A stretch of 63,333 nt of DNA, the filler included, from Nemertoderma westbladi (Eukaryota > Animalia > Xenacoelomorpha), in NCBI GenBank assembly GCA_032718475.1. It is 4 parts of 4 records of this genome, joined end to end, with 100 filler letters (N's around TTAATTAATTAA, not from the genome) between each part and the next. Parts side by side here need not be neighbours in the genome. Positions count along the whole stretch, not along the records: positions 46,262 to 58,215 come from JAUCBJ010004281.1; positions 58,316 to 63,333 come from JAUCBJ010008706.1; 2 more parts are not named here. The stretch is one strand, 5' to 3'. The notes below the pieces were generated by a model. That model saw only the letters and a list, made by a program, of their open reading frames with translations. It ran no database searches and was not told where the DNA came from. The position numbers and the translations under genes are program-made. This document shows, in pieces, positions 52,212 through 63,333 of this stretch. Position 1 is the first letter of the stretch; each line of letters begins with the position of its first letter.

Positions 52212-53138
52212 CTTATTGTCTAAGATAGTATGTGGTATAATGAGAATCTCCTTTCGTTTATTTGGTCCAGTAAATCTAGCATAAGACCCAAAATATATTT
52301 CCTTTCTATCACAAATTTTAGTGACAGAACAATTTATTTTCTAATCAAATATTATACATTTCTATTCTCGAACGCAGGTCGAAATACTGTAGGACCGTAA
52401 TACATAGGCCTACAATACAAATAATTTGTATGAAATTATGTAAATAAATAAATCAAGTTTAAAATGCAAAAGTATAGCTGTCATTATGTTATAAAAGATT
52501 TAATTTTAAGTTAAGGAGTTTAGTTTTTGCGAATTAGTTTTGTATAGACGTGCCCCCCCCCCCCCCCCCCCCACCCCTTTTCCTCGATTGATTGGCCTTC
52601 TTGTAGGGACTTTATTTTTTACAATTAATATTTAATACTCAAACTCGAATTCTAGAAATAGCGATAGAGCTAGAGAGTGACGAGATGGTATTATTATTAT
52701 TTAATTACTAATAGCGCTATTAAAGCCCTATTAGCACTAATAATCCTATTAGTAAAAAGGGCTGTTAATAATGTTTCAGCCAACGCTTTTTAAAGTCGCT
52801 ATTTACTAATAGCACTATTAGTGCTAATAGCCCTTTTAAACCTAATAGCGCTTTTCCACTAATAGCTCGTCCAGCAATCCAACCCTGAAGTATTAATGTT
52901 CTTACCTTTAAAAACAAATCATTTGAACTCCAAATCGATATTTTTATTGTTAATTTAATTTAAGTTACAAGGTTAGTATTGATGTAGATTAACAAAAATA
53001 TACAAAACAAGGAACAACTGCAGTTAAGCAAATAAATATTTATTAATAATAAATGATGATTTCCTATGTAATTACTTAAACGTAAATATTTATTTAAATA
53101 TTATACAGTTAAAGTTTAGTTAATGTTTATGAAAACAG

Positions 53139-54143
<1,005 letters not shown>

Positions 54144-54220
54144 CTACAAATATCAATAATGGGATATTTTTTTTAAATTTTTGTGGTTTTTTTGGGAGTT
54201 ATGTGATATACTTACAGTCA

Positions 54221-55014
<794 letters not shown>

Positions 55015-55075
55015 CTATTAACAGTTAGTTATCGGTATCTAGACACGACTGTTGAAAGTACCTTGCGTTCTCTCC

Positions 55076-55083
55076 CTTATATA
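55076..55083 (-). promoter_or_regulatory. TATA box of the actin gene
   Basis: TATATAAG(GG) on the minus strand, about 115 nt upstream of the ATG, with an initiator-like TCAACAGTC 25-30 nt downstream. Confidence 0.75.
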
Positions 55084-55135
55084 CACCTCTGTGAGAGTCT
55101 AAACTTCCGGGGTTTCAAACGATCTCAAATTATGC

Positions 55136-55145
55136 CCATATATGG
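55136..55145. promoter_or_regulatory. CArG box (SRF site) in the actin promoter
   Basis: Perfect CC(A/T)6GG, CCATATATGG, about 55 nt upstream of the TATA box. Typical actin promoter layout. Confidence 0.8.
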
Positions 55146-56093
55146 TGATTTTAACGGCAAGCAGCTATGAAGTATTCACCATCCCGAACAAACATCTTGA
55201 AGGTAAACAGAGATCAGCTCATGGTTAGCTATACTTGTATACGAGCGAGGTTATGCAAACATTCATTACTTATTGAATGATATCACGTGAATTATAAAGT
55301 GGGTTTGACCGTTAAGTATTAGGGCTCAAGGTACGGTTAATGAATGTAATCAGATAAGCTAATAAATGGCCTTATTGTTGGAGTTTTTCATAGAAATTTT
55401 CGTTCGCGTAAATAGTGGTGGATACAGTATTTCGTACAAATACAGACATTATAAAGTAGCCGACAAGTAAAGTCCTATAATATAAAGTACAAATACAGAC
55501 ATTATAAAGTTTACGAAACATAAGGGACAAATATGAACATATTAAATATTAACACACTCAAATTATATTCAGGTCCCTTATCCATCTATCTGCTTTGCGA
55601 ATGTAATTCTACCGAACACACTACTCGGATTTACTACTTAAACTTAAACAGGCATATCTTACAATTACTTGTAACATCTTAGTAAATAAATTTAACTTAC
55701 CACCCCCCCCCCCCCCCCCCCCCCACCTAATCCCCACCAATCCCCAAAGAAACCTAATTATCTGCAGCCGGATACACCAAGCTCCACTAACTACTTAGTG
55801 CCATTAAACGGGTGGTGTTGTACTAATAGGGTGGTGTTAGTGGCACTAACTTAAGTGCCTTAGTACCGTTGCACCAAGCTCACTAAAACTAACACTTAAG
55901 TTAGTGCCGATTTACCCCCCTAACCACCTCACTAAGCATTCCCACTAACTGACCGCACTAAGCGGAATTGCAGTAGGCCTACAAAATGAATGGGCCCGCG
56001 CTCGTTTTAAATACAGTACATGAATATGAATAATCCGCCGACAGAAAAATTTAAGCAAGAGGATGAAACCCAGAAGAAGATGGATAGAAGAAG

Positions 56094-56288
56094 GGAGACA
56101 GGTGGGAAACTGGACGCAAAACCCGCCTTGGCGAATTAATAACCCGCCTCAATGTTAAATTCTCAATTTAGGGAAAGGAGCAGGTTAAAGTGGAAGGTTA
56201 TTTTAACCAAAACAATAAACTAAGCACACTAGAACAGGTTACTGTTTTATTTTTGAGAGTAATCCACTGCTATTTGCGCCGAATTTCC
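56094..56288. mobile_element. MITE-like copy of the AACCAAAACAATAAAC family
   Basis: GAGACAGGTGGGAAACTGGACGCAAA matches the reverse complement of 12140-12165. Imperfect inverted partner TTTGCGCCGAATTTCCCC at ~56272-56288. Confidence 0.55.
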
Positions 56289-56744
56289 CCTGGAGAGGGA
56301 TGAATTTTTATTGCGCCCAGCCCCCCCCCCCCCCCCCCCCCAACCCCCCTACCTGGAAGAAGGATATGCAAGTAAAGACTGCTTGTTCAATAGAAGTGGA
56401 TTAGATGGGAGAGTCCGGAGTGTGTTGGGGGTTAAGATCAAGTGACTCAACTGGTTTAACACTCCTGATAGGCTGAAACGCCACCGTACTGACATACAAA
56501 TCTGCGGTTGAAAAAGGGAGACGTTAAAAACAGCTCGTTCCTTATTGTGCCCGTGTTTCCATTCTTGCCGATTAGTGGAACGGATACTTCGCAATTACTT
56601 ATCAACATAGACTCGAGTTCGATCCCGGCCGTATCTGTATATATTTTTTTTGCATTTGAATTTGATTATTTAATATTATGGAGTAGTAATCATTACTTAC
56701 AATCGTCAACTACAGTAGAAAACCAGCAAGCTGGCTTTAAACGT

Positions 56745-58215
56745 ACTACTACTACTACTACTAGGATCGGCATGCTGCATTGCAGCTGCATTTTTAAGAA
56801 TGCTGTGCCGGCTTGTCAACAAAATTGCACCGCCACAACTCCCTATCACCCATGACATTTGCTAGATCATCCGCATCTTTAAGGCCAGTGTCCTTTAAGA
56901 TGCGTCTCAAGAAAGTCATGGGCTGTCCACCATGCTTATTCACTCCATGAGGCCGCCAAAGTACAAGATTATGCACTGGCTGGTCCTCACGGCGAAAGCA
57001 ATGTCCTGCAAAGCGGAGGCGATTTTGTTCTAGTGTCAAGCTTGGGGGAACCAATGAGACACCTCCAATGTTATATAGTGTCTGGTTGGAGATGTGTGCA
57101 TTGTACTTGACACAATGTACCCGGTGTAGCATTCTTGTGAATGTGCCATCCAGAGATTTGGTGTCCTCAGCAGTTAGAGCCCAGCATGGACTCCCGTAGA
57201 GGAGTACTGGAACTACTGCTGCTCTAAATAATCGGACCTTAAGTTTCCGATTAATTCTAGGTGACTTCCAAATCCTGGAAAGCCTATTCAAGGCTGCCCA
57301 TGCCTTTCCCTTACGTATTCGAAGGTCCTCACCTGACTTCCGGATCCATGATCCCAGGTAACAGAAGTCGTCCACATGCTCAAGCATACCATCCTTTGAG
57401 CTTATGCTCATCCGATCAGAGACTTGCTGAGGACTTTCAAAGTTAACTGTCAGAATTTTGGTCTTTCTGGAGTTAATAAAAAGACCAACACTAGAAGCAG
57501 CATGTTCTAATGAGCTGAGGAGCCGCTGGGCTCCCTCTAATGATTCTGAGAGTACTCCTAAGTCATCAGCAAAGTCTAGATCAGTTAGGTACTTGGCAGG
57601 ATTTCCTCGACTTCTGGAGCCAGTAGGTGGAGTTATCATCACCCCATCATCATTGTGATGATCTAAGGACATGCGTAGAACATAGTCAACCACAATAATG
57701 AACAAGAATGGTGCAAGTGTGTCTCCTTGGAGGACGCCCCATAACACTTCAAATGGTTCTGTGTCACCGTCAACAGTAGACACAAATGTTGTCGAACCAT
57801 CGTATACTGATCTGATTGCTGCAATAATTTCATCAGGAATCCCATATAATGAAAGTATACTGAACATACGTGAGCGAGAGACTGAATCAAATGCCTTGAA
57901 GAAGTCAACAAAGATAACAGCCAGATGCCTGTCTTTCTTTTTTGATAACTCTTCAATTATTCTTCTAAGTGCCAAAATGGGCTCCATGGTCCCACGACCT
58001 TTACGGAACCCATTCTGATTTCCCCGTAGCAGTCTCTCAATGGGATCCCTGATGCGATTTAATAGAATCCTATTGTATAGCTTTGCAGCAACCGAGATCA
58101 ATGAGATTCCCCGAAAAGAACCATAGAGTGTTAGGTTGCCCTTCTTGGGAACTGGCACTAACTTATTTGTTTTCATTTCTTGTGGGACTCTTGTTGTACG
58201 GTACATGTCTACTAT
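56745..58215 (-). mobile_element. RTE-clade non-LTR retrotransposon with uninterrupted RT ORF (56794-58206) and (TAG)n tail; 5' end cut by the contig end
   Basis: PVPKKG, FRGISL, NQNGFRKGR, FVDFFKAFDSV, GVLQGDTLAPFLF, LDFADDL, FCYLGS, RLRFAGHCFR. Tail reads (CTA)6 on the + strand at 56746-56763. Confidence 0.95.
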
Positions 58216-58315
58216 NNNNNNNNNNNNNNNNNNNNNNNNNNNNNNNNNNNNNNNNNNNNTTAATTAATTAANNNNNNNNNNNNNNNNNNNNNNNNNNNNN
58301 NNNNNNNNNNNNNNN
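58216..58315. other. Artificial contig linker
   Basis: 44 N + TTAATTAATTAA + 44 N. Confidence 0.97.
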
Positions 58316-58547
58316 AATAAAGACATATAAATTTCGGCAGGTTAAACTGCTGAAGGTCTATAAAAGCGCGTACAGGGGATTAGGTCCCATTGCCATATAG
58401 CGTTAGGTCCCATTGCCATTTACAGGAACAGGTTAGTAAAGGAGCAGGTTACAGAGGCGTGTTTGGTGAACCAAAACAATAAACGAAAGTTAACACATGT
58501 GTTTCATACAGGTCTTTGTTATTTGGGTCTTTGCTTTTTAGTCACCC

Positions 58548-58633
58548 GATTTAAATGAAAAAAAATCTGATTTAAATCGTATAAATCTGATTTAAATAAA
58601 AAAAATCCGATTTTTTTTATTAAAAAAAAATCA
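58548..58633. repeat. GATTTAAAT-repeat fragment (hAT-MITE-like subterminal array) abutting the truncated RTE
   Basis: Three GATTTAAAT units with A/T runs. It replaces the 3' end of the RTE copy. Confidence 0.4.
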
Positions 58634-59609
58634 TGATTTTGTTCTAGTGTTAAGCATGGGGGAACCAATGAGACACCTCCAATGTTATATATTGTCTGGT
58701 TTGAGATGTGTGCATTGTACTTGACACAATGTACCCGGCGTAGCATTCTTGTGAATGTGCCATCCAGAGATTTGGTGTCCTCAGCAGTTAGAGCCCAACA
58801 TGGACTCTCATAGAGAGGTACTGGAACTACTGCTGCTCTAAATAATCGGACCTTAAGTTTCCGATTAATTCTCGGTGACTTCCAAATCCTGCAAAGCATA
58901 TTCAAGGCTGCCCAATGCTTTCCCTTACGTATTCGAAGGTCCTCATCTGACTTCCGGATCCATGATCCCAGGTAACAGAAGTCGTCCACATGCTCAAGCA
59001 TACCATCCTTTGAGCTTATGCTCATCCGATCAGAGACTTGCTGAGGACTTTCAAAGTTAACTGTCAAAATTTTGGTCTTTCTGGAGTTAATAAAAAGACC
59101 AACACTAGAAGCAGCATGTTCTAATGAGCTGAGGAGCCGTTGGGCTCCCTCTAGTGATTCTGAGAGTACTCCTAAGTCATCAGCAAAGTCTAGATCAGTT
59201 AGGTACTTGGCAGGATTTCCTCGACTTCTGGAGCCAGTAGATGGAGTTATCATCACCCCATCATCATTATGATGATCTAAGGACGTGCGTAGAACATAGT
59301 CAACCACAATTATGAACAAGAATGGTGCAAGTGTGTCTCCCTGGAGGACGTCCCATTACACTTCAAATGGTTCTCTGTCACCGTCAACAGTAGAGACAAA
59401 TGTTGTCGAACCATCGTATATTGATCTGATTGCTGCAATAATTTCATCAGGAATCCCATATAATGAAAGTATGCTGAACATACGTGAGAGAGAGACTGAA
59501 TCAAAGGCCTTGAAGAAGTCAACAAAGATAACAGCCAGATGCCTATCTTTCTTTTTTGATAACTCTTCAATTATCCTTCGGGTATCCTATGGGCTCCATG
59601 GTCCCACGA
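58634..59609 (-). mobile_element. Second, degenerate copy of the same RTE family, truncated at both ends
   Basis: Highly similar by eye to ~57019-57997. In-frame TAA at 59356-59358 (EVLWG becomes EV*WD). No tail. Confidence 0.93.
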
Positions 59610-59722
59610 ATGCCGAATTGGCCGAATGCCAAAATAAGGATCACGAGACGAATTACAGAAATGCTGAAATGTTTGATCCTGTTTAAACACTTAGTTAGTA
59701 GGCCTACAACATGAATAAACCA

Positions 59723-59860
59723 TGCAGTTAGGTGTATAATAATACTGTTCGGGTTTGCAGTTATCACAACATTAATTAGACCTTGCAGTTAGGTGTATAG
59801 TAATACTGTTCAGGTTTGCAGTTAGCACAACATTAATAGACAATGCAGTTAGGGCTATGG
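59723..59860. repeat. Short tandem repeat, 60-61 bp period, about 2.3 units
   Basis: TGCAGTTAGG starts at 59723, 59784 and 59844. Confidence 0.75.
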
Positions 59861-60648
59861 TATATGTGTAGTCGTTACTACCCCTGTACTCTAGCGACCT
59901 TCCAGAGAATTTGTTAGTTAGGTGTATAGTTGATTTGCATGCGTCTGAAACAGTTAGCACTTTGGACGAAAAAGAGCACGTTAGCGTTTCGAGTGGTTTG
60001 CCGGTATACGTGCAATGTGCGAGGTTTACATAAATATACAAAGGTGATAAACGCGGAATAGTGGCCTTTTCACACAATTGTGTACGTAATTCTGTTACAT
60101 TTTGTCAACTTATATCGACGCTCTGAATGCTTAATTATTCGTTTTAATAATATTGTAACGTAATGTTTAGGAATAGTAATGAAATTAATCTTTTACACAT
60201 TTAATTGCTCTTTCTCCAACAACTGTACTACGGTAAATAATATTTGACATAAACCTACAACGGCTATCAATGAGCAATGGAAAATACACAGACGTGTTCT
60301 AGAATTTTATTGTTATTACGTTAGTGATTACTTTGCTGCGTTACGTGGATATCACTAGAACGCTAATAAGTTGACATAATCTAACAATAACTATATAAAT
60401 AAAATCTATATCGTTATCTGTTATGAACAACATCGTATCTAATTTTAATTATTTGTTTATAAGTTTCTAGAACTCAAGAGTGTCAGATAGCTATTTCATT
60501 AAATATGGCCATCACCCAGCCATATATTTTTTCTAATGTTTTGGGAATAAAAATATTTGTATTTATAATAACTATAGACGTCATTGTTCATAAAATAGCA
60601 CTTCATAGCGTTACGGTACGAGTGATTTTGTATAATAGAACGAGGGCC

Positions 60649-61055
60649 GTAATAACTATTTACATACTTGTGTTTAAAGTAGCACTTTACAGTGTGATGA
60701 TCCGAGTGGCTTTGTTACACGAACGAACGTTGGTGAGTGAGTGAAAATAAAGCCACGAGGATCAGAACACTGTAAAGTACTTTGCAACAAGTATGTATGT
60801 AGTTTTATTCCAAAATTTTAACATTACGAAATGATTGTATATATACATTTGTAAGTGATAGAAACTGCACAAATTATATTAGTTGCTGTATAAATAAGTG
60901 TAAAAATGACATAAATTATGTTATAAATAAGTTAGGTCAATAAATGTACAGGCCAATACAATGCTGTAATGTCCTCTAAAGTTGTAAAGAGCTAAATAAC
61001 AACTCGCTGTTAATACTAACGGCGTTGAGTAATGTTACAATTTTGGAATAAAAGG
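60649..61055. mobile_element. Longer copy of the palindromic (possibly Crypton-like) repeat
   Basis: First 195 bp match 12346-12540. TTTTATTCCAAAATTTTAACATTAC (~60803) is inverted at GTAATGTTACAATTTTGGAATAAAA (~61029-61053). Confidence 0.6.
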
Positions 61056-61565
61056 TTTTATGCTTTTACTCGGTGACATACTGGATATACTGGACATACA
61101 TTGTAAAATGTATGGCGTAGGGACATAATGAGAAATAATATCGCACTGCGATGTAAAGTTAGAAAATATGTCGCCTTGGCGATTTGGCAGTGCAAAATTA
61201 ATTCTATACAAATAAAAAAATATATAAATGTATTGTAAATACAAGTGAACAAGTGAGCCAGCTTTGTTTCTCAATGAAATTGTAGGGTGTCGTGCGACTA
61301 GATTTATTGGTTCTGGTACAACTCTTACAATGACCATGCATGTCTATTCCTGGTGGCACTGACGATCCACTGTGTAGCAGGAGAGATACATCACATTGTG
61401 TAGGAAGGTGAGTTGCATGACATTGTGTACAGTAGCATGACTAGGTCAGGTCACATTATTTGGTTACGCCTATACAATTCTACCATTGTCCGGAAGTTAC
61501 TTGAGGTTTTTTGTCATATTATATCGCAGTGTGATGCATCTGAATATGATTTGCAACTGTAATAA

Positions 61566-63333
61566 ATGAACCCAGGTCAGCCGCTCATTCAACTTCTATG
61601 TTTCATGGATAAACCAAGGAAAGCCAGCTCATTCAACTTATATGTTTCATGGATGAACCCAGGACAGCCAGCTCATTCAATTTCTATGTTTCATGGATGA
61701 ACCCAGGACAGCCAGCTCATTCAACTTCTTTGTTTCATGGATGAACCCAGGACAGCCAGCTCATTCAACTTCTATGTTTCATGGATGAACCCAGGACAGC
61801 CAGCTCATTCAACTTCTATGTTTCATGGATAAACCCAGGACAGCCAGCTCATTCAACTTCTATGTTTCATGGATGAACCCAGGACAGCCAGCTCATTCAA
61901 CTTCTATGTTTCATGGATAAACCCAGGACAGCCAGCTCATTCAACTTCTATGTTTCATGGATGAACCCAGGACAGCCAGCTCATTCAACTTCTATGTTTC
62001 ACGGATGAACCCAGGAAAGCCAGCTCATTCAACTTCTATGTTTCATGGATGAACCCAGGACAGCCAGCTCATTCAATTTCTATGTTTCATGGATGAACCC
62101 AAGACAGCCAGCTCATTCAACTTCTATGTTTCATGGATGAACCCTGGACAGCCAGCTCATTCAACTTCTATGTTTCATGGATGAACCCAGAACAGCCAGC
62201 TCATTCAATTTCTATGTTTCGTGGATGAACCCAGGACAGCCAGCTCATTCAACTTCTATGTTTCATGGATGAACAAAGGACAGACAGCTCATTCAACTTC
62301 TATGTTTCATGGATGAACCCAGGACAGCCAGCTCATTCAATTTCTATGTTTCATGGATGAACCCAAGACAGCCAGCTCATTCAACTTCTATGTTTCATGG
62401 ATGAACCCAGAACAGCCAGCTCATTCAATTTCTATGTTTCGTGGATGAACCCAGGACAGCCAGCTCATTCAACTTCTATGTTTCATGGATGAACCCAGGA
62501 CATACAGCTCATTCAACTTCTATGTTTCATGGATGAACCCAGGACAGCCAGCTCATTCAACTTCTTTGTTTCATGGATGAACCCAAGACAGCCAGCTCAT
62601 TCAACTTCTATGTTTCATGGATGAACCCAGGACAGACAACTCATTCAACTTCAATGTTTCATGGATGAACCCAGGACAGCCAGCTCATTCAACTTCTATG
62701 TTTCATGGATGAACCCAGGACAGCCAGCTCATTCAACTTCTATGTTTCATGGATAAACCAAGGAAAGCCAGCTCATTCAACTTATATGTTTCATGGATGA
62801 ACCCAGGACAGCCAGCTCATTCAATTTCTATGTTTCATGGATGAACCCAGGACAGCCAGCTCATTCAACTTCTTTGTTTCATGGATGAACCCAGGACAGC
62901 CAGCTCATTCAACTTCTATGTTTCATGGATGAACCCAGGACAGCCAGCTCATTCAACTTCTATGTTTCATGGATGTACCCAGGGCAGCCAGCTCATTAAA
63001 CCTCTATGTTTCATGGATGAACCCAGGACAGCCAGCTCATTCAACTTCTATGTTTCATGGATGAACCCAGGGCAGCCAGCTCATTAAACTTCTATGTTTC
63101 ATGGATGAACCCAGGTCAGCCCAGCTCATTCAACTTCTATGTTTCATGGATGAACCCAGGGCAGCCAGCTCATTAAACTTCTATGTTTCATGGTTGAACC
63201 CAGGTCAGCCCAGCTCATTAAACTTCTATGTTTCATGGATGAACCCAAGACAGCCGGACATTCAGCTTCTACGTTGCATGGATGCACCCAGGACAGCCGA
63301 ACATTCAACTTCTATGTTTCATGGATGAACCCA
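61566..63333. repeat. 44-bp satellite ATGAACCCAGGACAGCCAGCTCATTCAACTTCTATGTTTCATGG, about 40 copies, running to the window end
   Basis: Directly visible tandem array, more diverged toward the right end. Confidence 0.97.

Larger units (their letters stand above)
51323..52887. mobile_element. Internally deleted PIF/Harbinger transposon
   Basis: 19-bp imperfect TIR CAGGGGTGGGTTGCTGGAC / GTCCAGCAATCCAACCCTG, subterminal TAATAG/AGCGCT repeats, and convergent remnants of a HARBI1-type transposase and a Myb/SANT-like gene. No clean TSD. Confidence 0.72.

Noticed and set aside
56745-59609. Tandem arrangement of two RTE copies
   Set aside because: They are separated by an artificial linker, so adjacency is not evidence of a tandem insertion.
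61286-61412. Possible exon (TTGTAG ... AAG|GTGAGT) upstream of the 44-bp satellite
   Set aside because: All three frames contain a stop between these sites and no protein similarity is recognisable.
61566-63333. Hammerhead ribozyme in the 44-bp satellite (minus strand has TGAATGAG and GAAAC)
   Set aside because: No CUGANGA core and no pairing stems found by eye.

Overview
Animal (invertebrate-like) nuclear DNA, not prokaryotic. The window is four contigs joined by artificial 100-nt linkers (44 N + TTAATTAATTAA + 44 N at 14796-14895, 46162-46261, 58216-58315), so adjacency across linkers carries no information. About half of it is tandem repeat: a 31/34-bp satellite (7 kb), an irregular 14/20-bp array (11 kb) fused to the (TAG)n tail of an RTE LINE, a 42-bp satellite with higher-order units (12 kb), a GTCCAT-based complex repeat and a 44-bp satellite. 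Five recognisable genes: ACOT8/TesB-like thioesterase, PINX1, FAM117/GLCCI1 and an MFSD4/NaGLT1-like transporter (each apparently one uninterrupted ORF), plus a two-exon actin with TATA and CArG boxes. Mobile DNA: three RTE-clade LINE pieces, a nest of MULE > hAT > MITE/SINE with clean target-site duplications, an internally deleted PIF/Harbinger element, tRNA-derived SINEs and several MITEs. Best-supported oddity: the actin intron consists almost entirely of tandem 79-bp copies of its own exon-1 end plus 5' splice site. Two of the large satellites also sit at or consist of splice-site-like sequence, which suggests (inference) that arrays are seeded at exon-intron boundaries and inflate introns. 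Most long ORFs in the supplied track, including the 2786-aa one, are repeat artefacts.
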